A DNA stretch of 64,000 nt from a virus (IMGVR_UViG_2902511754_000003:1-64000); one strand, 5' to 3'. Shown: positions 1-9,907, counted from the stretch's first letter. Notes: generated by a model not told the origin, from the letters alone. Numbers and translations: made by a program.

Positions 1-1005
1 ATGGCATCAATAACAAAAAGAAATGGCAAATGGCGGGTACAAATTCGCCGAAAAGGCGTGTCAAAGTCAGAACAATTCCGCACCAAAGCAGAAGCTATCG
101 CATGGGCGGATGAAATTGAAACAAAAATCAAAAACGGTAGATACAACACCGGCATTCCCTACATGACATTTGCCGAAGTTATCGACAAATACATTAAAGA
201 AGTGAGCCGACATAAAAAGAGCTATCGTGAAGAGCGACTACGCCTCTTTCGTCTCATGGATATGCCGATTGGCAGAGTATTACTACAAGATTTATCAGAA
301 AATGACTTTATTTTATGGCGTGATGAACGATTAGCAAAAGTCAGTGCTGCCAGTGTTTTAAGGGAATGGAACACGCTATCGCATATTATGACAATGTCAT
401 GCGGTGAATGGAAATTTTTAAAAGAAAACCCACTCAAAAATGTGCGAAAACCCAAAACACCAAAAGAACGCTCTCGCCGCTATTCGGATCAAGAAATTGA
501 ACGGCTTGTGTTTGTTTCCGGCTATGATTTATCACACGCCCCCATAACCAAACAAAGCAGAGCAGCGGCAGCAATGCTTTTTGCCATTGAAACCGCTATG
601 CGTGCCGGTGAAATTTGCGGGGCAAAATGGGAACATTTGAATGCACAAAATCGGATTTTACATATCCCTACAAGTAAAAATGGTCATCCCCGCAATGTGC
701 CGTTATCTTCCAAAGCTATGGAAATTATCAAAAATCTTGCTTTAATCAAAACGCAAGATTGTGACTTAATCTTTCAATTAAATACAAGATCCCTTGATGC
801 GAATTTCAGAATATTGAAAGAAAGGGCAGGGCTTGCGGAGGCAGATTTGCATTTTCACGACACACGCCGCGAAGCATTGAGCCGTTTATCTGAAAAAGTA
901 GATGTGATGACTTTGGCAAAAATTTCGGGGCATAGAGACATCAAAATTTTATTGAATACCTACTATGCCCCGAAAATGGAAGATGTCGTGAAGTTGCTAG
1001 ACTAA
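1..1005 (+). CDS. int: Tyrosine recombinase/phage integrase
   Basis: R (ETAMRAGEI), K (TSKNG), HxxR (HDTR), GH, Y (TYY) catalytic residues; N-terminal arm-binding-like segment. Confidence 0.95.
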   Translation: MASITKRNGKWRVQIRRKGVSKSEQFRTKAEAIAWADEIETKIKNGRYNTGIPYMTFAEVIDKYIKEVSRHKKSYREERLRLFRLMDMPIGRVLLQDLSENDFILWRDERLAKVSAASVLREWNTLSHIMTMSCGEWKFLKENPLKNVRKPKTPKERSRRYSDQEIERLVFVSGYDLSHAPITKQSRAAAAMLFAIETAMRAGEICGAKWEHLNAQNRILHIPTSKNGHPRNVPLSSKAMEIIKNLALIKTQDCDLIFQLNTRSLDANFRILKERAGLAEADLHFHDTRREALSRLSEKVDVMTLAKISGHRDIKILLNTYYAPKMEDVVKLLD

Positions 1006-1292
1006 AACATCTTTCTGCGTTGTTGGCGATGTTTCGCATATTGCACGATCTCGCCAACAAAATATCGAACTTGGTTTGTGGGTTGATTTAAATCACGCTG
1101 TGACGGAACTTGAACCGGACGAGGAAAAAAAGGATCAGCCGCCACTTCACGCATATGTCTTACTGTGTAACCAAAATATTCAGCCACCTGATTAATATCC
1201 CACAATTCCTTACTATTTTCATGAATAGCTTGACGGGCCAACAAGCCCTCAAGCTCCACTAATTTTTCCATCACTTGTTCATTTGTTACCAT
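1002..1292 (-). CDS. Putative excisionase/HTH protein
   Basis: WDINQVAEYFGYT HTH-like, FPRP motif, convergent with int. Confidence 0.6.
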   Translation of the reverse strand: MVTNEQVMEKLVELEGLLARQAIHENSKELWDINQVAEYFGYTVRHMREVAADPFFPRPVQVPSQRDLNQPTNQVRYFVGEIVQYAKHRQQRRKMF

Positions 1293-1851
1293 AGCTTGCC
1301 CCTAGTAATTTACTTCGTCCTACTCGTCGCAAATCCCCTTCTTTCACAAACACCCCATCAATCATTTTTCCCTTACGGTCTTTGATTTGATTGTAGGCGA
1401 ATTTTAAACATTCAGCACATCCCAAGTATTTATAATCTGCGATAGATAAAATAGAACCAAAAACCCGTAACAAAGATTTTTCTATATTTATTGAGCCTAA
1501 TTTACTTTCAAGATGTGCAATCGAATAAGCTAGGTCAGAAATATGAATTGAAAAATCTAAAATATAGTCCTCTACTGAATATTCTCCTTTTATTGAAAAA
1601 TTGTTTATTGCATCCTCAAAATTAATTTTGCAATTTAATTGTTTATTTAAAATAATAAGCACTACTTCACAATCACCAATGCTGTCTTTTATCTGCTCAA
1701 TATTATTTTTAGAAATTCCTCCGCAAAGCTCGCCAAATTCTTCCATCAATTTAATAAATTGTTTTTGTGGTGTTGAGCCCTCAATCAAATTGCGATCTTC
1801 CGCCCATTGTTCAATGTTTTTGATAAGTTGTTTTAAATCTGCCATTTTCAT
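1279..1851 (-). CDS. MazG-like nucleotide pyrophosphohydrolase
   Basis: KLMEEFGEL...DSIGD motif and C-terminal AYNQIKDRKGKMIDGVFVK. Confidence 0.8.
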   Translation of the reverse strand: MKMADLKQLIKNIEQWAEDRNLIEGSTPQKQFIKLMEEFGELCGGISKNNIEQIKDSIGDCEVVLIILNKQLNCKINFEDAINNFSIKGEYSVEDYILDFSIHISDLAYSIAHLESKLGSINIEKSLLRVFGSILSIADYKYLGCAECLKFAYNQIKDRKGKMIDGVFVKEGDLRRVGRSKLLGASYGNK

Positions 1852-1861
1852 ACTCTCTAAT

Positions 1862-2203
1862 TTATTTATTCAACTGTGCCAAAATTTCGTCCACTGGATT
1901 TAAAATTGCAACATTATGATCTTCTCGATCATATCCAATAAATGGAATGAGTAATTCATTACTCCTCGGTCTATCACATAACATGTTTATAACAATAAGA
2001 CCATCCTCGGTAACATTCATCATTGTTCCCTTTCTTGATGAATTAAAATGGATAAAGTCAGCACCATCTTCAAAAACGTCACATTCTGAAAATCCTTCAA
2101 CAAATTTATAATCTATATAGACTGTTTTATAGCCAACTTTATTTTTACGTGTATTAACTACTGCAACATCTAATTTTAAAAACTTACTCATTTTTAACCT
2201 CAC
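1862..2203 (-). CDS. Hypothetical phage protein
   Basis: ORF in early operon, co-oriented. Confidence 0.6.
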   Translation of the reverse strand: MRLKMSKFLKLDVAVVNTRKNKVGYKTVYIDYKFVEGFSECDVFEDGADFIHFNSSRKGTMMNVTEDGLIVINMLCDRPRSNELLIPFIGYDREDHNVAILNPVDEILAQLNK

Positions 2204-2220
2204 TTTTACCTAATTTTTAC

Positions 2221-4401
2221 CTAATTAACCCTAAAATCCCCCAAACTCTCACCCCAACCAAAGGCTTGAGCCAAAGGAATTTTTACTTCTTCGATGAAAA
2301 CATGGTTGTTTTCACAACAAATCCACCGATAGTCATTAAGCCGTAACCTTCCATATTTGATTAACATATCAATTTGACGAGGTTTTAATGGAAAACCGAT
2401 AGGCAACATCAATTGCTTTACTTGTTGTTCAATTTTTAAACGGTTACAGTTACTGACACAAGTCCAAGCGGCGCGCTGCGCCTTGTTTGTTTCGATAGAC
2501 TCCGAATCGGCAGGCGTGGAAAGCACACCGCCTTTCTTAATCACCCAATTTTTAACTTTGGTGATAATGGTTTTTAAACTAAATCTGTTTTTCACCCCCA
2601 CAATTTTCTTTCTTGTTTCGCCGTATTTATTCGGCTCGGTTTCTTCATACTCAATGCAAATTGGCTGATCGCAACGTTTCACCATTGCCCCGCCTTGCAC
2701 ATTGACATAACTTGCAAAGCAGCTAACATCAGCCACCGCACGTCCGGTGTCTAATACATCATCATCGGCAACAGAAGCCATTGCCTTATCTATCTTGCGT
2801 AATTCACGCCATACAGAAATAGGTGGTGTGCCGTAGAATTGAAATTGACGAATGCCCCAAAGATTCGCCCAAGCACTCACACGCACCACGTTTTCACGCA
2901 AGGTTAAATCTTCCACTTCATCTGATTTTTCATTTGCCTGTTTGCCGGCATAGATATTTTTTGCGATATATTTCGCAATGTAGCCGATGGCAGAACCTTT
3001 TTCAGGGTCGATTTCTTCAATTTTGCAACGGTATTTTTTAGCACCAAATTCATTGCCATTGAGAGCCAATGCTTTTTTACGGAAAAGTTCATTTGCGGTT
3101 TCTTTGTGTTCTGGTGCGACATAAATCAATAAATGCCAGTGCGGTGTTCCATCATGGTGTGGCTCAACACCGCGATAACCAAAAAAGCCAATATCACGTT
3201 TGGCGAATTGCGCACGCAACTGCGCCCATGCTTTTGTTAAATAACGTTGCGTGTCACGAGGGCTTGCTCCTTCCCATTTTTTATTGTTCTGTCCGTTACT
3301 ATGTACTGCGTGAAAAGATGACGGAGCAGTCCACGTCCAAAATAACGGCACAAAATTATGACGGTTTGCCCAATCATCTATGCCACGTAATTCATTAATC
3401 ATTTCATTCCATTTAATCGCAGGATTACTAGATGAACGTTTCCACATATCAATCAATGGCATTTGTTCCGTTGCATCTTCAAGATTTTCAAGCACCATCT
3501 GTTCAAGAAATGCCATGGTTTCCGCACGTTGCGCACGGTAATCACTCAACGCACTTTGCGAAACATAAGGGCTGACTTTTGCCGAAACTGCACCACAACC
3601 AATTTCAACATGTTCTTTTAATCGTTTTTGTGCGGTTTTTAACTGGCGAAACCAATGTTTTTCACAGACGGATTTCTGTAAATCAATGTCGATTTTGTTC
3701 ACATCTAAAAAAGGATTCTCAAGAAAGGCATGCCAGTTCTTGAGTGGAAAACCAATGTCCGCACAGACTTCACCGCATAAGCGGTACATCTCATACGCAA
3801 GATCAGCAAAGTCATCAAGCGTGATTTCACCTTTTGCCTTGCGTTCCGCTTGTTCATTGACAAAATCCGACTGCAAACGGGAAAACAATAAAGCGAGTTT
3901 GTATGCCATTTCTTTTAACTGCGGCTCACTTAACAAATAAAATGGCAACTGCGGAATAGGTTTACCTTTATTAAGCGCAACCGCACGGGAATAGGTATCA
4001 CGTTCGGCAAGCCAATCAAGGCTAATGTGATAATGTTGAAAAACCGCCTTTAATCGTTTGGTTAAAATTTCGCGTAAATAACTATTGGCATAAGCCGCTT
4101 GTTTATTGCCAAATTTAAACCCGATAGAACTGTCATCACCGACCGAATCAAAGGCACGTAACCAAACATTCCGAAAATGTTCACGTTGACGTTTGCGTGG
4201 CAGAACAGAAAGCAGTTTTTCAACATAATCAAACTGGTTTGGTGCAGCAGAAAATAACGCCATTTGCGCACTGGTTGCCTGTGCATGGTCTAAAGTGCGG
4301 TTGATTTTGACCGCACTTTCCATCATCAACGCACGTGCTTCTGCCATCGCATTTTCACGCTTGGCAAGATTAAGATCACGTTCTGCTACCCAGTTCATCA
4401 T
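2221..4401 (-). CDS. A: P2-type replication endonuclease gpA
   Basis: HUH motif (EPHHDGTPHWH), YIAKY tyrosines, WGIRQFQF, PPISVWRELR. Confidence 0.95.
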   Translation of the reverse strand: MMNWVAERDLNLAKRENAMAEARALMMESAVKINRTLDHAQATSAQMALFSAAPNQFDYVEKLLSVLPRKRQREHFRNVWLRAFDSVGDDSSIGFKFGNKQAAYANSYLREILTKRLKAVFQHYHISLDWLAERDTYSRAVALNKGKPIPQLPFYLLSEPQLKEMAYKLALLFSRLQSDFVNEQAERKAKGEITLDDFADLAYEMYRLCGEVCADIGFPLKNWHAFLENPFLDVNKIDIDLQKSVCEKHWFRQLKTAQKRLKEHVEIGCGAVSAKVSPYVSQSALSDYRAQRAETMAFLEQMVLENLEDATEQMPLIDMWKRSSSNPAIKWNEMINELRGIDDWANRHNFVPLFWTWTAPSSFHAVHSNGQNNKKWEGASPRDTQRYLTKAWAQLRAQFAKRDIGFFGYRGVEPHHDGTPHWHLLIYVAPEHKETANELFRKKALALNGNEFGAKKYRCKIEEIDPEKGSAIGYIAKYIAKNIYAGKQANEKSDEVEDLTLRENVVRVSAWANLWGIRQFQFYGTPPISVWRELRKIDKAMASVADDDVLDTGRAVADVSCFASYVNVQGGAMVKRCDQPICIEYEETEPNKYGETRKKIVGVKNRFSLKTIITKVKNWVIKKGGVLSTPADSESIETNKAQRAAWTCVSNCNRLKIEQQVKQLMLPIGFPLKPRQIDMLIKYGRLRLNDYRWICCENNHVFIEEVKIPLAQAFGWGESLGDFRVN
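2446..2472 (-). other. ori: P2-type rolling-circle origin inside gene A
   Basis: Minus strand GCCGCTTGGACTTGTGTCAGTAACTGT resembles the P2 ori (CTCGGAGTCCTGTCAATAACTGT, recalled) and lies at the equivalent 3' position in A. Confidence 0.75.
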
Positions 4402-4418
4402 TGAATCCTTAAATCGCT

Positions 4419-4697
4419 TTAAGCGTAGGCATAAGTCTCTTGGATTTCAGCAATGCGTTTCACTTCGTCGTAGATGCCAGCTAATCTAGCGGCAATGTCG
4501 GCAAGTGATGTCACATCTTCATCCATAATTTCGCAGTACACGAGCGTATCAACCACCCCAAACAAGTCTTTACACACCTGTTCTCCGTTGCATACAATGC
4601 CTGTTGGCGTGTGTTCAATTTTGCACACCGTATAATTTTGGTTTTCATTCAGTTTGAGTTGGTAATTATTTGATAACTCAATAATGTGTTCTTGCAT
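4419..4697 (-). CDS. Hypothetical phage protein
   Basis: Overlapping chain of early ORFs. Confidence 0.65.
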   Translation of the reverse strand: MQEHIIELSNNYQLKLNENQNYTVCKIEHTPTGIVCNGEQVCKDLFGVVDTLVYCEIMDEDVTSLADIAARLAGIYDEVKRIAEIQETYAYA

Positions 4698-4893
4698 TTG
4701 ATAGTTCCTCTTTATCTAACTTTATAAATATCAAGCGGTTGCCTGATTTATCCCGTTTTAAATAGCGTGGCGTACTCATATTGGCAATTGTGCTGGGTAG
4801 CACACCGAATTTTTTGCTTAACTCTTCCGCCGTGCCGTCTCCCAAATTGATGTCGCCCTTATATGCCGCATAAATTTGTACTTTTCTTGCCAT
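4678..4893 (-). CDS. Hypothetical small protein, possible HTH
   Basis: GTAEELSKKFGVLPSTI. Confidence 0.6.
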   Translation of the reverse strand: MARKVQIYAAYKGDINLGDGTAEELSKKFGVLPSTIANMSTPRYLKRDKSGNRLIFIKLDKEELSNARTHY

Positions 4894-4903
4894 TTTTCTG
4901 CCC

Positions 4904-5017
4904 TTATAAAAGTTTTTCCAACCACTCGGCCAACCAATTCAATGCGGCATACAGCACCGCTGCCAACAACATCAACCCAATCACCGCCACAATAAAGCCC
5001 ACAATCACATCAATCAT
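4904..5017 (-). CDS. 37-aa single-TM peptide (not in ORF track)
   Basis: MIDVIVGFIVAVIGLMLLAAVLYAALNWLAEWLEKLL; ATGA overlap with upstream ORF stop. Confidence 0.65.
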   Translation of the reverse strand: MIDVIVGFIVAVIGLMLLAAVLYAALNWLAEWLEKLL

Positions 5018-5259
5018 TTTCTATTTGCTCTCCAGTTTGCCCATTCGCTATGTTTTTCTAATAATTTTTGATGTTCTTCTGCCGCCTCATTGCCACATCT
5101 CATAAACTCTCCAAAAGCGGTGATTGCCTGTTCATCATCGCCTTTTTGGCGGAAATAAATGTAAGCAAAGAGTTTTTCTTGCGCGATCTCTCGCTTTTTG
5201 TAGAATTCTTGAGATTCAAAAATACCGAGTGCTGCCGGTGTAAAAATAACGGTTGCCAT
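5014..5259 (-). CDS. Hypothetical phage protein
   Basis: ORF coupled to neighbours, GAGG RBS. Confidence 0.65.
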   Translation of the reverse strand: MATVIFTPAALGIFESQEFYKKREIAQEKLFAYIYFRQKGDDEQAITAFGEFMRCGNEAAEEHQKLLEKHSEWANWRANRK

Positions 5260-5670
5260 TTATTCCCCTCGATTTTTGTCTATTTGTAAAAACTCCCGTT
5301 TAGTCACAAGCGGTGGGGCAATCTCTTTTCCGATATAACGAATTAACTCAAGCATTCCCGCAATTTTTAACTGCCCATCCATCTTGTAATCGCTAAGTTT
5401 TAAGCCTTGCGAATGCACATTGATTTTGTCGGATGCCAACAAAATATCTTCGCCCATATATGCTTTATCGCCGGCAAGTTTTAGAAAAAAGGCTTTTGCT
5501 TTTGGCGAGGCATCATCAAAATGAGCTTCCACTCGAAACTTGCTTTTATTTGCAACATGGCGTGCTTCCCCCCAACTGCGGATTTGTTCCATCTGAATGT
5601 TGTTTAATCGGCAATAAATCTGTGCTGGGCATTCTTCTTCATTGCCAGTGAGATAAGGCATAATTGGCAT
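5260..5670 (-). CDS. Hypothetical phage protein
   Basis: ORF with GGGGG RBS, abuts next gene. Confidence 0.65.
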   Translation of the reverse strand: MPIMPYLTGNEEECPAQIYCRLNNIQMEQIRSWGEARHVANKSKFRVEAHFDDASPKAKAFFLKLAGDKAYMGEDILLASDKINVHSQGLKLSDYKMDGQLKIAGMLELIRYIGKEIAPPLVTKREFLQIDKNRGE

Positions 5671-5684
5671 ATATCCCCCTTCGT

Positions 5685-5954
5685 TTATTTCCCCGTGACG
5701 AAATCAACCCATTTCTTAAACCAACGTTTCACAGGGTTTCGCCATCTCGCCATTTCTAATTCCGCCACACGATCATGCAAGGATTCGTTTAATAAAACCT
5801 GTTGCGCATTTAAGCCGACTTGATGTGTGATATGACGTTCCAACACCTTCACTTTCAGCTCCAATGCTTTCACGGTTTTGTTTAATTGCCACACATTCAC
5901 CCGTTCACGTTTACGAGTATTACGGCTGTCGTAGGTATATTTTTTGCTTGTCAT
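5685..5954 (-). CDS. Hypothetical coiled-coil phage protein
   Basis: GGAG RBS, heptad-like segment. Confidence 0.6.
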   Translation of the reverse strand: MTSKKYTYDSRNTRKRERVNVWQLNKTVKALELKVKVLERHITHQVGLNAQQVLLNESLHDRVAELEMARWRNPVKRWFKKWVDFVTGK

Positions 5955-6045
5955 TTGCTCAAACTCCTAAATTTGGGTTGCAAAAATCCTGTCGATTGAT
6001 TTTCATCAAACGACAAGGGTTAAAAATTAAAGGGAAAATTAACGA

Positions 6046-6291
6046 TTAATCGGTGGCGATTTCTAACTGACGATCATCAATTAGCTTTAACGGCTTATTC
6101 GCCATCAACGCCTCTGGGCGTTCGTTATAAGTCGGCGTTCTCACCCGCGTGATTTGGCTGGTGACTTTCAACTCCGTCCCGCAATTGTTGCAATAAGCAA
6201 TCACATCAATCACCAACAACCCGATTTTTTCGGAAGTCCGAACCCGAATATTATTGCTTCCGCAGTTCGTACATTTATGATCTACATTCAT
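6046..6291 (-). CDS. ogr: Ogr/Delta-like C4 zinc-finger late activator
   Basis: CTNCGS...IRVRTS...CNNCG; P2-like context and matching late-promoter motif. Confidence 0.65.
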   Translation of the reverse strand: MNVDHKCTNCGSNNIRVRTSEKIGLLVIDVIAYCNNCGTELKVTSQITRVRTPTYNERPEALMANKPLKLIDDRQLEIATD

Positions 6292-6344
6292 TCACACACC
6301 TTTGTTATACTTATTTATGATTTGCCTACATATAAGGAGCTACA

Positions 6345-6584
6345 ATGCCTAAAAAATACGATCTCAATAAACTCATTGAATTACAGAAAGAAATTATCAA
6401 GCTCGCAGACCCTTTAACTTCAGAAGATTTAGCTAAGATAGGATTTGTTTTGTTAAATCTTCGAGCCGTTTACGAGTTTGATTTATCTCACCCTCAACCC
6501 CCTCGGGTAATTCGTGCGTTGGATCAAGAAATGCCAGTGATTTTAAAAGCGTTGCAAGATTATCTTGAATCATCAGCAAATTAG
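6345..6584 (+). CDS. Hypothetical protein (antisense moron)
   Basis: AAGGAG RBS; overlaps 3' end of 6433-7110. Confidence 0.5.
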   Translation: MPKKYDLNKLIELQKEIIKLADPLTSEDLAKIGFVLLNLRAVYEFDLSHPQPPRVIRALDQEMPVILKALQDYLESSAN

Positions 6585-7110
6585 CCTGATGTTGTAACAA
6601 TCTCCCCTCGGCAAGCCTTGCCTCTTCCCGCAAACGGAATAAGGATTCAAGCCATTCCGTCCTTTTTTTGGGGCTATGATGAACATTATTTGTTTGAAAC
6701 ACCTGCTTAATGCTTAACAATTCTTCCTCAAATTGGGCTATGCCAGCTTTTTTCACATAGGTCAGGGCATAGTCCAACATTCTGATGTCTTGTTCGCTAA
6801 ACGTTTTTTTTACTTGCTCCGCCCATTTATATTCTTTTTGTTGGAAATAACAGGCAAAATCACCGACACATTTATGCGTATTATCATCTGTATATAAAGC
6901 AGATTTACGCTCATAAGCCTTTAACAAATTGCGTTTGGCTCGTTCAAAGTCGATTTCGGCTTTTGCACCTTCCAATCCATGCTTTTCGATAACTTTAAAT
7001 AGGCAATCTGCGACCATTAAATCATGGTCGCTCATTGATTTTTCTAGCCATTTAAGGCTTTTTTCTTTAAATGCTATTTCACACATACACACACCCTTTC
7101 TTCTACTCAA
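6433..7110 (-). CDS. Hypothetical protein, first gene after cro (start probably ~7083)
   Basis: Long ORF co-oriented with the early lytic operon. Confidence 0.55.
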   Translation of the reverse strand: MSRRKGVCMCEIAFKEKSLKWLEKSMSDHDLMVADCLFKVIEKHGLEGAKAEIDFERAKRNLLKAYERKSALYTDDNTHKCVGDFACYFQQKEYKWAEQVKKTFSEQDIRMLDYALTYVKKAGIAQFEEELLSIKQVFQTNNVHHSPKKRTEWLESLFRLREEARLAEGRLLQHQANLLMIQDNLATLLKSLAFLDPTHELPEGVEGEINQTRKRLEDLTKQILS

Positions 7111-7472
7111 AAACCTTTCTCAATTGTTCATCAACATTGTTTGCCATAATGCCTATGCCAAAATGTGTACTAACACACCTGAAAGAAAAACAACTAACGC
7201 TGCGATATACGCTATGTTTAAACGATTATTAAATTTCATCATTAATTGGTCTCTCTTTGCCGCCATCTCCACCCTCACTTTTATCTTATTGAGTGATAAT
7301 CCTACGCTAACAATACAAAACTATGCGTTTACGCAAGGTCACCTTCGTTGGTTTATTGGTTTACTGATGGCGCTGTTTACTTATAAAGAACGCCATTACA
7401 TCAAAAACGAAATTGAGCGTTTTGTTCGTTGGATTAAAGCGCTTTAGCTTTCTTCTCAAAAACCTTTCTCAA
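7106..7472. repeat. 18-bp direct repeat CTCAAAAACCTTTCTCAA at 7106-7123 and 7455-7472
   Basis: Exact match read directly. Confidence 0.8.
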
Positions 7473-7685
7473 CCCGTCATAAATCGTCTGCCAATCCACA
7501 TCCGGTCGCAATTCTGTTGGATTCACTTCAAAATTTGTGGCTTGCAGAATGGGCGGAATATATTTCACGTCCATGTTTGCACCAGAACGCCATTTAAAGA
7601 CCGTTGGCTGACTTACATCGCAAGCTTTAGCAACAATAGCCTGACTTCCACATATTTTAGTTGCAGCTATCACTCCTGAATTCAT
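7434..7685 (-). CDS. cro: Cro-like (YdaS-type) repressor
   Basis: GSQAIVAKACDVSQPTVFKW HTH, ELRPD motif, divergent from cI; start taken at MNSG. Confidence 0.85.
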   Translation of the reverse strand: MNSGVIAATKICGSQAIVAKACDVSQPTVFKWRSGANMDVKYIPPILQATNFEVNPTELRPDVDWQTIYDGLRKVFEKKAKAL

Positions 7686-7689
7686 AATA

Positions 7690-7782
7690 ATACCATAAGT
7701 TATTAATCTTAATTGCATATTAATAGCTAAAGTTATTATTGTCAATAACTAATAGTTTATTTATTTTTATAACTTAGGTTAT
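7690..7782. promoter_or_regulatory. cI/cro operators, consensus ATAAC-N4-GTTAT
   Basis: 7769-7782 perfect; 7723-7736 and 7690-7703 one mismatch each; between divergent cro and cI. Confidence 0.65.
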
Positions 7783-7807
7783 ATAATTAAAACTAAGGAG
7801 AATATTT

Positions 7808-8503
7808 ATGACCACTTTAGCAGACCGACTTGCAACTCTTATGGCTGAAAAAGGCTTATCACAGGCTGAATTAGCACGAATGATAGGTATAAAACAGCCA
7901 TCTGTTTTTAAGATCTTGAGCGGTCAAACATTAAATCCTAAAAACATCGTTGAAATTGCGACCGCACTTGGTGTGAACGTGCATTGGCTGAAAACAGGGG
8001 AAGGGGAGCGAGAAGTTAACGATAAAGTAATCACCGCACTTTATACGGAAGAACAGGACGAGCAACATCATTTACGGGTTGATTTATTAGATGTGCAGTT
8101 GGCGGCAAATTCAACAGGCATAATTAATAGTGATTATCCGGAAGTGTTGTCCCGCCTTTATTTCACAGAAGAAGGCGTGCAACGTTTACTCGGACGAACA
8201 ACAACACAAGGGATTTATCTCTTTAGCGTGCCGACCGACAGTATGATGCCGACCATTATGCCCGATGATTTAGTGTTTATTGATACCAAAATTAATGAAT
8301 ATATAGGTGATGGGGTTTATGCCTTTAATCTGAACGGCGAACTCTATATTAAACGCCTACAACGTTTGCCGACCGGTATTTTTCGGGCGTTAAGTGATAA
8401 TCCGCTTTACCCCCCGTTTGATATTACAGACGAATTATTCGACACCGCTGTGATTATTGGCAAGTTTATTCGGGCGGTAGAGTTGAAAGCGAAGGTGTTG
8501 TGA
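7808..8503 (+). CDS. cI: CI-like repressor (HTH + S24 peptidase)
   Basis: LSQAELARMIGIKQPSV HTH; DSMMPT Ser and IKRL Lys catalytic motifs. Confidence 0.95.
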   Translation: MTTLADRLATLMAEKGLSQAELARMIGIKQPSVFKILSGQTLNPKNIVEIATALGVNVHWLKTGEGEREVNDKVITALYTEEQDEQHHLRVDLLDVQLAANSTGIINSDYPEVLSRLYFTEEGVQRLLGRTTTQGIYLFSVPTDSMMPTIMPDDLVFIDTKINEYIGDGVYAFNLNGELYIKRLQRLPTGIFRALSDNPLYPPFDITDELFDTAVIIGKFIRAVELKAKVL

Positions 8504-9009
8504 TGAAACATTTTGTTTATATGAATTGGCATAAAGAAGTGAATGCCTATACGTTGGAGAATCACAAAGAAAACGATGATTATTTTATTGGCTATGTTTC
8601 GCAGAAAAAACGGGTGATAACTTTTCGCAAAGATAGAATTATCAAAGAATTCTTAAATTATGAAGATGCACAAAATTATGCGGAGAACTTACCTGCAGAA
8701 ATATTTGACCTGTTTGATAGAAAACTAAATGAAATAAAAAGCACACCAACTACACCAATTCAACATCCTCTCACTTTTTGTTTCACAGGCTTTGGAAAAT
8801 CGCAAAAGCAAGCATTGATGACTTTAACCTCTGAAGTTGGGTTACGAGCTATCACCGATGTTACATCAAAGTGTGATTATTTAGTCATGTGTGAAAACTC
8901 AAAAACGATTGGACCGGCAAAATTAGCAAAAGCACAGTCATTTGGCATAAAACTGATTTATGAAAATCAGTTTTTTCATTTAATTGAAACAGGGGAGATT
9001 CCCGAATGA
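8500..9009 (+). CDS. WYL-like + BRCT domain protein
   Basis: N-terminal TFRKDRI (WYL-type RxFRxDRI); C-terminal FCFTGF...VTSKCDYLV...GPAKLAKAQ BRCT. Confidence 0.75.
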   Translation: MMKHFVYMNWHKEVNAYTLENHKENDDYFIGYVSQKKRVITFRKDRIIKEFLNYEDAQNYAENLPAEIFDLFDRKLNEIKSTPTTPIQHPLTFCFTGFGKSQKQALMTLTSEVGLRAITDVTSKCDYLVMCENSKTIGPAKLAKAQSFGIKLIYENQFFHLIETGEIPE

Positions 9010-9686
9010 AAAAATTATTTGTATTAACGCTTTGTGCGATAGCGGTAACAGGTTGTAAAACTGAAATTGAGAAAGATGTGTCATTAAATACATTGCTTAA
9101 TGAACCCATCAAAACTGAAACAGCTTTATTGAATGTAGAAGTATCTGCCTGCGGTGCTCGCGAAGATAGTCGAAAACCATCTGATAGCTTAATCAAAATT
9201 CAACAAAAGATACCTGCTGTGTTCACTCAAGCTAAATACAAGGAGTGCTATCAACAAAATATGAACTCTTACGCTAGTTTTGAGATCCCTATCGGTATAG
9301 GCGTTGCGCCTGAAACTGGTGAAATTAAAGATGAAATTACCATTTATAGTGTAGGTGATAGAAAACTGAATGTAAGAACAGATCAACAGTTAGCAAAAAG
9401 AATCCGTGATTTTGTCAAATCGGAATATATTTCTAATTTGGAAATGATCGTGTCATTGAATGTGATTAACGATACACAACAAGATCAATCTTTCACAGTG
9501 CTTTCGTCTTATATTGAGGGGATGCCCGTATCTTATTTCCCTAATTTTCCTTTAAAAAAAGGTGAAAAAGTTAATATCCGTTTATCAAATGTAGCGGCGG
9601 ATATGTTATGGAAAAATGAAAATCAAAAATTAAATTACACAACAATTTTGACTACACCATTCAATCTTAATGAAATTTCAAAATGA
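9006..9686 (+). CDS. Lipoprotein, unknown function
   Basis: MKK signal + lipobox VTGC. Confidence 0.8.
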   Translation: MKKLFVLTLCAIAVTGCKTEIEKDVSLNTLLNEPIKTETALLNVEVSACGAREDSRKPSDSLIKIQQKIPAVFTQAKYKECYQQNMNSYASFEIPIGIGVAPETGEIKDEITIYSVGDRKLNVRTDQQLAKRIRDFVKSEYISNLEMIVSLNVINDTQQDQSFTVLSSYIEGMPVSYFPNFPLKKGEKVNIRLSNVAADMLWKNENQKLNYTTILTTPFNLNEISK

Positions 9687-9907
9687 AAAAACTTCCCCTC
9701 ATTTTAACCGCACTTTTTCTGATTTCTTCCCCTGTACTTGCCAAGGGGAAGAAAGCGGATGCGGAGCAATTTAGTTGTAATGATGGCAAACGCACCTGCA
9801 AAGATATGGATAATTGCGATGATGCCAAATTTCATTTACACCAGTGTGGTATGAAAAAACTTGACCGTGATCGTGATGGTGTGCCTTGTGAGAGTATTTG
9901 TGGATAG
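9683..9907 (+). CDS. Secreted Excalibur Ca-binding domain protein
   Basis: Signal peptide, Cys pattern and LDRDRDGVPCE. Confidence 0.85.
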   Translation: MKKLPLILTALFLISSPVLAKGKKADAEQFSCNDGKRTCKDMDNCDDAKFHLHQCGMKKLDRDRDGVPCESICG

